Shown here: positions 33,701-45,870 of the stretch, in pieces
Layout: each line of letters opens with the position of its first letter
Numbering within the stretch: position 1 is the stretch's first letter
Assembly (NCBI GenBank): GCA_010093705.1
Contig: MU006094.1
Span: forward strand, 1 to 46,249
Direction of reading: 5' to 3'
DNA: 46,249 nucleotides
Source of the DNA: Patellaria atrata CBS 101060
Taxonomy: Eukaryota
The notes under the pieces: generated by a model
Database searches by the model: none
Seen by the model: the letters and a program-made list of their open reading frames with translations, nothing else
What the model was told of the DNA's origin: nothing
Program-made: the position numbers and the translations under genes

Positions 33701-36700
33701 GGCCCTCTAAAGCAATTCATCGGCGTGGCTACACTACGGTCCGCAGGAACTTCCCATCTTCCGCCTGAATTGGAAAGGGAACCCTTAGGTGACCTCGTCA
33801 CGCGAGTGTTGTATCGTATGCGGTTCATGGGAGAGCAACGACCGTTCGATAATGCGTCACTAATATATATGTTACCATTGGTCTGTCTAGTCCTTGAACA
33901 TGGTGGTATTGTAAGAGAATCAGGCGATGAAGCAGATGAACAGATCTTGTTGGCTTTGGAATTCTTATCCTCTCATGCTGACTCCTTTGCTGATCCAGAA
34001 CTGCCAAGGGATAGGATTTTTCAGATATTGATCTCCTCGATGCAAAAGTACACTCAACATTTCAAACTAGTTAAAGATTGTTTTTCAGATCTCTGCAGAA
34101 GTGTTGCACAAAATCTTTCTGAAACAGAGACGGGGACTATCCTAAAAGGAATCATTGTCGCAGAAACACCGGTCCGAACAGCAGTCCTTCAGGCAGTTGA
34201 TTCTGACCTTGACTTAACTGAAGCAGATTTCTACGAAGAAATCTGGCTCGCTTGCCACGATGATGTTCCGGAGAATTCGGAGTTAGGAAGGACTATATGG
34301 GAGGAGAACGATCTCCATCTAGAGCCGGATTCCTCGAGTCGTATTCTCCCATATCTTGAGCGTCCAGATAAGCAATTACGCAGAGCTGCTGCAAGATCGT
34401 TAGCGGAGGCGGTGACCATCCGTCTTGAAGATTTCCCAAATATTCTCTTGCATCTTGAAACAAAGTATATTGAAAATGCCAAACCTAGAGTTCCAGAACG
34501 GGATGAGTACGGAATGCCACGCAAAGTGGATCTGCGAGACCCATGGGAATCACGGGATGGTATTGCTTTGGCATTCAAAGAATTAGCACAGGGTTTCCAA
34601 GCCAAGGACATCATGGATTTCATGCAATTCATGGTACATCAGGGGCCACTAGGGGATTCTAACGCACATGTACGTGATGGGATGGTTGGCGCATCGATCG
34701 CTATCATCGCTACTCGTGCTCAATCCAAAGTCGAAGAGCTGATGGGCCTGTTCGAAACCGCTCTGGATCAGACCGATAAAGGAACTGCTACAACAGATAA
34801 AGTCAACGAAGCCGTTGTGATCCTTTACGGTGCTCTTGCACGCCATTTGAAATCAGGAGATGCCCGAGTGCTGAAAGTGGTCCAACGCTTGCTTGATACT
34901 CTTAGCACGCCTTCAGAGACCGTTCAGTATGCAGTTGCAGAATGTCTTCCACCTCTAGTCCAAGCATCCTCGCAGGAGACGTCTACTTATATTCAACAGA
35001 TGATGGACGAGTTGTTGAAAGCTAAGAAATATGCCGCTCGTCGAGGAGCTGCCTATGGGTTAGCTGGAATAGTCAAGGGCAAGGGACTTTCAGCATTGAG
35101 GGAGTTCCGAATTATGTCAACTCTTCAGGGCGCGACTGAGAACAAGAAAGATGTAAACCAAAGACAGGGGGCATTCCTTGCGTATGAGCTGTTTTCGCAT
35201 ATCTTAGGCCGTCTTTTCGAACCGTATGTGATCCAAATAGTCCCACAACTCCTTGCTGGGTTTGGCGACTCGAGCACCGATGTCAGAGAAGCGTGTTTGG
35301 ATGCAGCGAAAACCTGCTTTGCTAGCCTCAGCTCCTTTGGCGTAAACCAGATCTTACCAATACTTCTAGAAGGCCTGGACGAGCAGCAGTGGCGTAGCAA
35401 GAAAGGCGCCTGTGATTCCCTCGGAGCAATGGCATATCTCGACCCTCAACAACTTGCGCTCAGCTTACCCGACATAATACCACCCCTGACAAATGTCTTG
35501 ACTGATAGCCATAAGGAGGTCCGGCTGTCTGCTAATCGCAGTTTGCAACGCTTCGGTGAAGTGATCAGCAATCCTGAGATCAAGGGGGTAGTTAACATTT
35601 TGTTGAAAGCTTTAAGCGATCCTACAAAGTATACAGATGATGCTCTGGATGCACTGATCAAGATTTCCTTCATTCATTATCTAGACGCTCCCTCTCTGGC
35701 ACTTGTGGTTCGTATCTTAGAGCGAGGACTAGCGGACAGGTCTGTTACTAAACGGAAAGCAGCACAGATTATTGGAAGTCTTGCCCATTTAACAGAGCGA
35801 AAAGATCTCATCACACATCTTCCTATTCTCGTTGCTGGTCTGCGTGCAGCGATAGTCGATCCTGTTCCGACCACGCGTGCTACGGCATCAAAAGCCTTAG
35901 GTTCTCTGATAGAGAAACTCGGCGAGGATGCTTTGCCCGATCTTATTCCAAGTCTCATGGCGACACTCAAATCGGACACCGGAGCAGGTGATCGTTTGGG
36001 TTCTGCACAAGCTCTCAGTGAGGTTTTGGCAGGCCTTGGTACTGGTCGTCTTGAAGAGACTCTGCCTACGATTCTCCAAAACGTCTCAAGTTCAAAATCA
36101 GCTGTTCGCGAAGGTTTCATGTCTCTCTTCATTTTCTTACCGGCATGCTTCGGCAACAGTTTCGCCAACTATCTAAGCAAGATCATTCCACCCATTCTTG
36201 GAGGGCTCGCCGACGATATAGAATCCATTCGTGAGACAGCCTTACGCGCTGGTCGTTTGCTTGTGAAGAACTTCGCTACTCGGGCCATTGATCTGCTATT
36301 ACCGGAACTCGAGCGTGGCCTCGCAGATGATAGTCATCGTATCCGTCTCAGTTCAGTGGAACTGGTTGGTGATCTTCTCTTCAATTTGACTGGTATCAGC
36401 GCCAAAGCAGAGGAGGACGAAGCCGAAGAGAATGCAAAGGAAGCCGGTCAATCCTTATTGGAAGTACTTGGAGAAGACAGACGCAACAAAGTACTATCGG
36501 CATTGTACATATGTCGCTGCGATACTTCTGGTCTTGTGCGAACCGCCGCAATTAATGTTTGGAAAGCTCTTGTCGCTACGCCTCGTACCTTGCGCGAGCT
36601 TATCCCTACGCTCACCCAGCTCCTTATTCGACGATTAGCAAGTTCCAATATGGAACAAAAGGTTATTGCTGGTAATGCACTCGGAGAGCTTATCAGGAAA

Positions 36701-39053
36701 GCTGGGGAGGGCGTTCTGGCAACATTGCTACCGACACTAGAGGAAGGATTACAGACATCCACGGACTCGGACGCCAGACAGGGAATATGCATTGCTTTGC
36801 GGGAGCTTATTACCTCAGCTTCTAATGATACATTGGAAGATTATGAGAAGACTCTCATCTCAGTTGTTCGCACAGCATTGGTAGATGCTGATGCCGACGT
36901 CCGCGAAGCTGCTGCAGAGGCATTCGATGCATTGCAACGAACGTTGGGTAAGAAAGCAATCGACCAAGTACTACCTCATCTACTCCATCTACTTAGTTCT
37001 AAAGATGATGCACAGAACGCCTTGTCGGCGTTGCTCACTTTACTTACTGATAATGCACGATCTAACGTTATTCTCCCCAACTTACTTCCAACTTTGCTAA
37101 CTTCTCCGATCACTGCATTCAATGCCAGAGCGATCGCTTCTCTGGCAGAGGTCGCTGGCGCCGCTATGACCCGGAAACTTCCAAATATTTTAAATGCTCT
37201 TATGGATAATCTAGTTACTTGCAAAGATTCGGAGCTGATGGCCGAGCTGGATGCCTCGTTCGATGCGGTACTTCTATCAGTTGATGAGTACGACGGCTTA
37301 AACACTGCTATGAGTGTAATGCTTGTGCTGGCTAAACATGACGACCACCGGAAACGATGTGTTGCGGATAATCACCTTGCAACATTTTTCTCGAAGGCTG
37401 AAATTGACATATCTAGATACTATCCCGACCTAATAAGGGCGCTATTGATTGCATTCGATGATCCGGACAAAGATGTTGTTAGAGCCGCTTGGTCAGCTCT
37501 CAGTGAATTGACTAAACGACTGAAGAAAGAAGAGATGGAGTCATTGGTTATTTCAACCCGACAAGTTCTCCAGCAAGTTGGTGTTCCGGGCTCAAATCTT
37601 GCCGGATTCAGTTTACCTAAGGGTATCAATTCAATTCTACCGATCTTTCTCCAAGGCTTGATGAATGGTTCTCCTGAACAACGAACACAAGCAGCACTAG
37701 CGATTTCAGATATTGTTGATCGGACAAGTGCAGATTCTCTTAAACCATTCGTAACACAAATAACGGGTCCGCTCATTCGTGTTGTTTCTGAACGGTCCAC
37801 GGATGTTAAAGCTGCGATCCTAATCACATTGAACAATCTGCTTGAGAAAATACCGATGCTCCTCAGACCGTTCCTGCCACAACTACAGAGAACATTTGCG
37901 AAATCTTTAGCAGATACCTCTAGCGAAATACTGCGCGTTCGGGCCGCAAAGGCTTTAGGAACGCTAATAACTTTAACTACACGCGTGGATCCATTGATTT
38001 CGGAGCTCGTCTTAGGTTCAAAGACATCAGACGTTGGAGTTCGGAATGCTATGCTTAAAGCACTGTATGAAGTTGTGAGCAAAGCTGGCAAGAACATGAA
38101 CGAAGCATCCCGCACAGCTATCCTTAGCCTTATTGATACTGACGTAGGAGAAGCGGATGGTAGGTCCCTTTTCCTCCTACGACTTTTCCATACTGACCAA
38201 GGTTGTTCTAGACTCTATGGCAATCACAAATGCGAAACTGCTAGGTGCTCTTATCGAGAACCTACCTTCCGATATGTCATCCTCTCTGATCAAGAGCCGT
38301 GTTTTGACCACCAACTACTCTAAAGCATCCGTCCTAGCTCTCAACTCTATCCTGGTAGAATCTCCTGAAACGCTCGTTTACAACTTCGGCGAAGAGACAC
38401 TCTCCATTATCTGCCAAGGCATCGGTCAAAGTGTAAGTGCTGTACAACTATCACACGTCTGAACCAATACTTACATATTTACCACACAGCAACCCTTTAT
38501 CGCCGATAACTGTGTTCTAGCAGCAGGCAAATATCTCCTCACACCCACATCTCCTAATACCTACGAGGCCATAAAACCCCTCTTCGAGGCCCTCGCTCCC
38601 GTCATCGCGCCCGGCAACCCAGTTGACACACGCCGTCTCGCTCTCGTTGTCATCCGAACTGTGGCACGGAACTCCAACGGTCTCGTGCGCCCACACATCG
38701 CACTCCTAACACCCCCCGTCTTTGCGTCCGTCCGCGATACCGTGATTCCTGTTAAGCTCTCCGCGGAAGCAGCCTTCTTGGCAATATTTGACGTCGTGGA
38801 AGAAGAGGCGGTAGTGTTCGAGAAGTATATGGCTGGCCCAGGTGCGGGTTTGCCAATGGGACAGAAGAGGAGTATGCAGGATTACTTCAAGAGGGTTGCG
38901 GTGAGGTTGGCGGGACAGGCTAGGGAGAGGAAAGAGGCTGAGGGTGGTCAAGGTGGTTTAGGATTGAGCAGTGATGAGGTGGAGGATGAGAGGGAGGTGT
39001 GGAGTGTGGGTAGGTTGGAGTTGGGGGATATATTTTCTGACTCTGCGGCGTGA
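30754..39053 (+). CDS. GCN1: Translational activator GCN1 (HEAT-repeat eIF2alpha-kinase activator)
   Basis: Exons 30754-30883, 30949-33071, 33122-38159, 38212-38432 and 38490-39053. About 2,700 aa of HEAT repeats with GCN1 motifs KDYDTLKWEEELR, RRGAAYGLAG, WRSKKGACDSLGAMAY, LKPFVTQITGPLIRV and LRPFLPQLQRTF. Confidence 0.96.
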
Positions 39054-39749
39054 GAGCAGGATAGATGTATATGAGCGGCTGGAAAATTGTGGATATGATA
39101 AGATGAACTGGTGCGACTTCTCCAAATAGGGGTGTAAGGTAGAAAGTAATAACCCAAGCTGTTTGAAATATGACGAGGTGGTCAAAATGAAAGCGTCGGG
39201 TTATGTTATCTAATGTCACATGCTTGCAAATTTCCTATTTGGTATTGATCTTCATAAAAAGGCTGAGATTGATTGAACTTTTCCCTAAAACACGTAGCTA
39301 TAGCTTTTGCTACTCGGATATCATTGGTGTAGTATCACGAGTTCGCAGGTTTAGTGTTTGTATTCCTGATTGTCTCGCTCGTGGGAGGCCTAGAGTATCC
39401 AATGATCGGCGTGCCGCTGCGATGACGTCGAGCGCTTCCGTGAGCTTTCCTACCCACTCATTAATATCCAGCACGACAGTCCCCAAACACCCAAGAATAA
39501 CTTTCCTAAAAACCCGAAATCAGTATCCACAGCAGATTTTCGTGCCATCCCTCCGTTTCATATACAGTACCCGAGGTAAGTCCTATACTTTTCCAGCTCA
39601 CAGCACTCGTGTCTGTGCGGAGCAATCTGCGCAACCGCCAGGCCTTGCGGGATACGACCGCCATACCATCCCAGCGCATGAAGAGCGTGTACTAACTATA
39701 GACTGTGTAGAAGACATAAAGTCAAGAGATCTGAGCAACTACTTTCAGA

Positions 39750-41099
39750 ATGTAAGCCGGTCTTCACCAATTTTCCTTACCTTTTGGATATTTCCTTAGC
39801 ATTTTCTGGAGTTCAATCTGCGCATCATATCTTTCACCATTCTCAAAAGAACGTTTGACTTTGGATATAATTTCATACTTTCATAATCGATAAAATGCCC
39901 CTCTTCGCATATCCCCCACCACCTCCCCCTCCATATGTGGATTCCTATGCTCGTCCTCGTACAGCTTCGCGTTCACGATCATTCTCACTTACACCTCCGA
40001 AACAAAGGAACCGATCACTATCCGTTCGATCCTCGAGGAAGGACACCGGGGGCTCCGAGAAGTCCACGCCCAAGCACCGATTCACCATGGCGAGCCTTCG
40101 CGGCATCCAGCAACCAGACCTTAGCAAGAAGCTCTTCAAGCTCATCAAGTCCGAGAACCATGTGATTGCGGCCTATGAAACAGCTGGAAGGGAACGTGCT
40201 GCTATTGCCTCCCAACTTTCCGACTGGGGTGAGGCGACCAACGATGATGCAGTTTCTGAGATTTCGGACAAGCTTGGGGTTTTGCTAGCTGAGATTGCGG
40301 AGCAAGAAGATTTGTTTGCACAGAATTTAGAGGATTCAAGAGGCATTTTGAAGCAGATCAGGAACACTGAGAGCTCTGTCCAGCCTAGTCGCGATCACAA
40401 GGCGAAGGTGGGTTCCTTAGGGCACACAATTAATGGGTGGCTGCTAACAAGTTTCTAGGTTGCCGATGAAATCCAGAAACTCAAATATAAGGAACCACAG
40501 AGCACTAAAATTGTTACATTGGAGCAGGAACTCGTTCGCGCCGAAGCACAGAGTCTCGTCGCAGAGGCCCAGTTGACCAATATCGTATGTCCAAGCGCTT
40601 GTCCAGTTCCAGTGTCTAGGCTAACCAGTTCCCGCAGACTCGTCAGAAGCTCAAGGAAGCCTACGATATCCACATGGCCGCGACGATCGAGCGTGCTGAA
40701 AAGCAGATAATCCTTGCTAAGAACGCCCGTCGTCTCATCAACCTTCTGGATGACACACCTATCGTCCCGGGCGATACTCACCCAGCATTTGAGAATGAGG
40801 AAGCGGCCCGCCAAATCCTCAATGACGCTGAGGACGACCTCCGCAGTTGGCGCCCCAATCTAGAACCCATCACTAGCTCTGCGGGTAGATTGGGTGCCGG
40901 TGGACTGCACAACGGTGAGAATTACGCGGCTGGTGGAGAAGTCCAAAGTCCTCAGGATATCCACCCTGCGTATAGGGAGAAGGGTCGCAGTGCTAGCGGA
41001 AGCCCGAGCAGGAGGGTTACCGGGGGCAGCTCTACCACTGCTGGAAACGAAGAGTTGTACGAGGACGCCAGACCTGGGGTGACCGCTACTACAGCTTAA
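39750..41099 (+). CDS. Eisosome BAR-domain protein of the Pil1/Lsp1 family (PilB-like)
   Basis: Proposed exons 39750-39751 (AT), 40008-40407, 40459-40584 and 40638-41099, giving MNRSLSVRSS..HRFTMASLRGIQQPDLSKKLFKLIKSEN..IRNTESSVQPSRDHKAK|VADEIQKLKYKEPQS..LEQELVRAEAQSLVAEAQLTNI|TRQKLKEAY. An alternative in-frame ATG exists at 39895. A 5'-UTR intron probably spans 39576-39710 (GTAAGT..TACTAAC..TAG). Confidence 0.9.
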
Positions 41100-41383
41100 G
41101 GGATGGAGTTCGCTATGAACGTGTGTAAAATACCTATATCCAATTTCTTTGCGTTTCGTTTTTGTTAATCTGGTCTGGGAGGGGGATGCTGGAAAGTTCT
41201 GGAGGTGCGCTTCTTAGTTTCTCCTTGACACGACCTTATGAGATACTCCAAATTGAATCAATTATGCATTCCTCTTCCTCTGTGAATACATTTTTCAATA
41301 TTCCCAATGAACGCCTTGAAATACTTTCGACCACAAACGCCATTGAACTCATAGAAGATTGAGAATAGAAGTGGAAGACCACT

Positions 41384-42032
41384 TCATAAGAGATCAAAGT
41401 CATCCAACTTGTCCCGGTATTTGAGGATATTCCGCTTGATCTTCGAAGAATCCACCCACGTCACGAAATCTTCAAGATTCCTACTTAATTAGGAAAGTTA
41501 GCCCCAATGCCCTAACCCATCACATGGTAAATGCGAAAAGAAGAAAGAAAACGAGAATAACCCACCTCGTCACCAAGAACGCCGGATCCGTCACGACCTC
41601 CGTGCCGACCCTCACATGCCCTTGCTCCACGAACCTCACCGCCGCCTGTACCGTATCCGCCATACGCAGCCTCGTCATCACGACCGGCAGACGTCTCCTA
41701 CACATACTCGCCACCGTGACCTTGCGCTCGACATCGCTCAGTTTCCCCCTCCCCCCGCCTCCCGTGCCCAGGATCCCCATCTCGAACAGCTTCTCAAGCA
41801 GGAGGTCTTCGTGCTTGAGGCGGACGGGGTCGCCGGGCGCGAGAAGGGAGAGCCGGTGAGCGAGCGACTTTAGCGACCCGCAGAGCCGGTTGTAGGATGT
41901 GTAGTCGGCCGGCGACGTGAGGTGGTAGCGGCGTTGGATCGAGGCCGCCCGGTGCTGCGAGTCGCTTTTGTAGGTTGTAAAGTCGACTTTGCGGAGGAGG
42001 CGGGATTCGTGGTGTTTGAGTTTGCGGACCAT
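41384..42032 (-). CDS. IMP3: U3 snoRNP protein Imp3 (S4 RNA-binding domain)
   Basis: Exons 42032-41566 and 41480-41384. Sequence [76 protein letters not shown]. Confidence 0.96.
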
Positions 42033-42153
42033 CGTGATGGTTTGGGGGGTTAGGTGGGAGTCGAGGTCGGGGGGTGTGGGTTAAGAGGGAGGATTTTGAG
42101 GTTTAAAAGGTAGGGTGAGGGAAATTTTTGAAATAGAGATAAGATTAGATCTA

Positions 42154-42796
42154 CGGTACTTTTCAAAATATCGAAGAATTGGATCCGGGGTTTAACCACG
42201 TCCAAACGTCCCCACCAGAACAGCCGTAGTAAGAAATAACGGTTTAAAAACACGTCCCAATAGCTTAAAACTAGTTATAACTATCTATAACCGGTATTAT
42301 ATTAAAGTTCTAACATATTTACTTTACTTTATCTATAATATTACTAAGTCTAACCGCGTGCTGAGATTAAACACTATCGAGGGAGTTTTAGACTGCCAAG
42401 ATTACCGCCTTAGTTACAGCCTTAGATATAGCCTTAGATGTAGCCTTAGATACGACCTGAACTGAGCGTTTCGTACAGCTCAGATACGGCTGCAGATACG
42501 GCTTCAGATACGGCCTGAACTGAGCGTTCCGGACGACATCAGATAAGGCCTCAGCTGAACGATCCGTACGGCTTAGATACGACCATAGCTACGATCTTAG
42601 CTACGGGTTACCAAAAGCGTTATAGATTATATTGGTTATGTAATATATTATCACAACGTAATCTAATAACTTATACCCTATTTTAAATGATAAATACATC
42701 TGTTTTCGTGGTTATTTCTTACATGGCTGTTTTGGTGGGGACGTTTGGACGTGGTGAAATCCCGGATCCAATTCTCCAATATTTTGAAGAGCACTG
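42154..42796. mobile_element. Non-autonomous Tc1/mariner-type DNA transposon (MITE-like, 643 bp) with ~87-bp TIRs and TA target-site duplication
   Basis: Left TIR 42154-42240 against the reverse complement of 42711-42796 shows 9 substitutions (8 transitions) and 1 indel. TA flanks both ends (42152-53 and 42797-98). Termini are CGGTAC and CAGTGC. The interior is TA-rich and has no transposase ORF. Confidence 0.9.
42410..42606. repeat. Degenerate 12-bp tandem array inside the transposon (consensus ~YAGATACGGCYT)
   Basis: Units cttagatatagc, cttagatgtagc, cttagatacgac, cagatacggctg, cagatacggctt, cagatacggcct, cagataaggcct and tagatacgacca, plus a duplicated ctgaactgagcgtt block. Confidence 0.85.
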
Positions 42797-43167
42797 TAAG
42801 GTAGTTGGATTTCGGTGATCTGATTGGCCAAATTTCGAGTGGTGTTCAGACTCAAGATGAAATCAATTTGAAGTAATGTTAAAGTTGATTTTACCATAAA
42901 ATGATCTATGATCATTGAGTTTCATCCTATCCTTGATAAATGAGATGAAATGGGATTCCTGCTCTCACGGGTTTCGCGAGAAGTTCGTGTTGCGAGGCTT
43001 GGCTTGCCAGGATCCAAACCATCCAAACAAAGCCGTTAAGTTGTTTCGCTGAATGCATCACAAACCTGTTGCCCGTGCAAGGTGGAAGTAAAATGCGCTT
43101 TTTTCTGCACAGATAGCGTTGGTCTGTACTTGGGACTAACATTCGGCGCATCCTGATTGTCTTCGCG

Positions 43168-45255
43168 ATGCATCGCTACCAACCTACGTACGATTTTCTC
43201 TCAGGCGCACCGTCACCTCCCCCACAGCAACAGGTACCATTTAGAGAGACGCTGCGGCAATCACAAATTTCTCGACCGGATCCTGGGAATGAGGATCTTA
43301 GGGCACAGATCAATACCCTACAATATGAGTTGGATTCACTAAAACAGGAGCGGGAACTCACCGCGTTAAGGTACCAGAAAGAGCTTCGAGATGCCCAGGC
43401 GAAGGCAGATGCAGATTTCAAGAGGGCGCAGCAGGCAGAAAGCAGTAATCAATCTGCAACAAACAAGTATGACAATCTTGTTCGTGAACTACAAGATACC
43501 AAGGACCGGGCTGCGAATGAGAGAGCAGAACTAGAGCGGAGGTTTCGAGCAGTGAAAGATGAGAACACTAATTTACAAGAGGAGTTAGATGAATCGAAGG
43601 GGGAATTGGCGTCGTTAGAGCGTCAGAGCAATCATCGATTGAAAGAAGTGGAAATCCGACATAACACATTGAAGACTACACTCGAAGAGCTCCAAGCAGA
43701 TGTAGAAGCGAAGGTTACTGCGCTGCAAACCACACAGAAACAGCTGTCGCAAAAAGTAGCGGATGTAGATCAGTTAGAGAGCGAAGTTCTCCGACTGAAG
43801 GCGCAGACAGGGGATCCGGAAACCGTTGCTGTTATCAAAAGGGAGCTATCGGAGCAGGTGACACATATTCGAAAACTAGAAGCGACAAACCGGGAGCAAT
43901 TAGCAGAGCTGAAGCAATACAGGAAGATACATAAAAGTATAGACGTGGTTGAGGAGGAAAAGCGCGTCTTAGAGGGAAAACTACGCATGATGGATGATTT
44001 GCGTCGAGAGCTCAGCGAAGCTCATCTGAAACGTCAGATTCTCGAGGATGAGCGCAAGTCCTGGACAGCATACCTCGAAAGTGAATCATCAGGGGAGGGG
44101 GAATTACAGTTCGAATCACCGGAGGATATGGCGCGAGCTTTCATCAATGAAAGGCTGGAAAGAGCCGCACTGCTCGACAAACTCGGAGCGATCCAACCAG
44201 AACTCGCGGTCAAAGAGGAAAATATAAAAGCCCTAGAAAGTGAAAAAGAAAAACTTCTTGAAGAGTTAGAGAAAACACGCGCTTCTGTAGGAGGAGGTGA
44301 TAGCAAGATGCGCCTCCGCCTGGAACGTCAGCGCACCCTCGCTGTCAAAGAAGTCGAATATCTCCGCGCCCAACTCCAGAACTTTGACGCTGAAGAAAGT
44401 GAGCTCCAACCTGATAAATACGACGAACAAAAGTCAAAACGCATCAAAGACCTCGAGTCTCTCGTAGACGAATACCGCAACGAGCTTCAAACTCTCCAAA
44501 GTGACCTCAAAGCCCAAGAGATGCAGCTCCCACTAATAGGCACCAAACGCGCCCGCGACGATGACGATGACGAACGCATCGGCGAACTTCGGCGCAAGAA
44601 CCGTGATCTCCAAGACCGCGTCGAGAAGCAAAAGACCGCAGCCGCTGTCCTCGAAGCCGATTTGAAGGCCACAAAAGCTCAGCTCTCCTCACTCAAAGCG
44701 TCCTCACGGACCCGCATCCTCACCCTCCGCTCTAACCCCACCGCCGACGTCGAAGCAATCAAACTATCTACCCTCAAAACGCTGAGAGAAGAAAACAACG
44801 CGCTACTAGCTCAACTCCAACATCGCAAAGAGGGTTATGAGACCGTGCCGAAAGTAACCTTCGAAGCGAGAAAACTCGAAATCGAAAAACTCCACCACTC
44901 CGTCGCGGAAAAGGAAAAACGCATGCTTCGTCTCAAGCAGATCTGGAGCGCAAAATCCGCCGAGTTCCGTGAAGCCGTCGCCTCGATCCTAGGGTGGAAG
45001 ATGGATTTTATGCCGAACGGACGGGTACGGCTCACCAACCTCTTCAACCCGGGTAATGAGGAGGAGGGCGAACAGAACAGTATCATTTTCGACGGGGAGA
45101 AAGGCGAGATGAAGGTTTCTGGCGGGAGGCAGAGCGCTTTCGCCCAGGAGATCAGGGAGATGGTGGAGTTTTGGGTTGATGGGAGGAAGGAGATTCCGTG
45201 TTTCATGGCGGCTATGACTTTGGAGTTTTATGATAAGTATACGAGGGTGAAGTAG
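43168..45255 (+). CDS. MAD1: Spindle assembly checkpoint protein Mad1
   Basis: Intronless 695-aa coiled-coil ORF with N-terminal QPTYDFL, the Mad2-binding region RTRILTLRSNP, and the C-terminal RWD-like segment RLKQIWSAKSAEFREAVASILGWKMDFMPNGRVRL..IPCFMAAMTLEFY. Confidence 0.93.
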   Translation: MHRYQPTYDFLSGAPSPPPQQQVPFRETLRQSQISRPDPGNEDLRAQINTLQYELDSLKQERELTALRYQKELRDAQAKADADFKRAQQAESSNQSATNKYDNLVRELQDTKDRAANERAELERRFRAVKDENTNLQEELDESKGELASLERQSNHRLKEVEIRHNTLKTTLEELQADVEAKVTALQTTQKQLSQKVADVDQLESEVLRLKAQTGDPETVAVIKRELSEQVTHIRKLEATNREQLAELKQYRKIHKSIDVVEEEKRVLEGKLRMMDDLRRELSEAHLKRQILEDERKSWTAYLESESSGEGELQFESPEDMARAFINERLERAALLDKLGAIQPELAVKEENIKALESEKEKLLEELEKTRASVGGGDSKMRLRLERQRTLAVKEVEYLRAQLQNFDAEESELQPDKYDEQKSKRIKDLESLVDEYRNELQTLQSDLKAQEMQLPLIGTKRARDDDDDERIGELRRKNRDLQDRVEKQKTAAAVLEADLKATKAQLSSLKASSRTRILTLRSNPTADVEAIKLSTLKTLREENNALLAQLQHRKEGYETVPKVTFEARKLEIEKLHHSVAEKEKRMLRLKQIWSAKSAEFREAVASILGWKMDFMPNGRVRLTNLFNPGNEEEGEQNSIIFDGEKGEMKVSGGRQSAFAQEIREMVEFWVDGRKEIPCFMAAMTLEFYDKYTRVK

Positions 45256-45870
45256 ATGGTTTGTTGGGTTGTGATGTTTCGTGCAGGCGTTTGGGAAGAT
45301 ATGATTGCTATACTTGCATTTTATGTGTAATGGTAAGTGTACTGTACGTCTAGGGCGCTCCCTTGGGGATAGGTTTGATGAGCATGGTGAGAAGTTGTAG
45401 TACTTTTAGGATATGGTAACCGAGAGATTCCATTATATGGTCATTCTCATCCACTGTTTCGTCCTTTTACAACCTTGATTTACCAGGTGATTTTATGATA
45501 TTCGCAATTCTCTCCATTGTAGAATACGGTTGTCTTCATCAATCTACCGTTCTCAAGGTAGTAGCAATTGTCTTTAATCAATCCAATTTCGTAGAGACTA
45601 CACTGCTTTTGTAAAAATGGTAATATCATTACAGTCGGATCGTAGGATGTATAAACAGACACGCGGATGAGCTCAGAGACACCTAAATAAAATAAAAAGG
45701 TCTGAATTACCCCTTCTTTCTCTCCCCATCACGGTTGAAGAAACATTAGTCTCTACATCTGTCCCACTCAACAAATCTTCATTATCACCAGGAGCTTCCA
45801 CGCCATCGATTGCATACTATCATATGCATTATGACCAATTACGCTAACCTAAACCCTCCCCACCATCTCA

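Noticed and set aside
31007..38115. Numerous antisense ORFs inside GCN1 (similar ones occur inside malic enzyme, DHX29 and MAD1)
   Set aside because: These are shadow frames expected opposite long coding sequences.
39203..39799. 198-aa + strand ORF upstream of the eisosome gene
   Set aside because: It has no recognisable motifs and runs across the promoter, the 5'-UTR intron and the split-ATG donor of the Pil1/Lsp1 gene. It is most likely a chance open frame.
42410..42606. Repeat array as CRISPR-like or as a 5S rRNA fragment (agatacgaccata)
   Set aside because: The context is eukaryotic and the units are contiguous with no unique spacers. The 5S-like match is only a dozen bases within the minisatellite.
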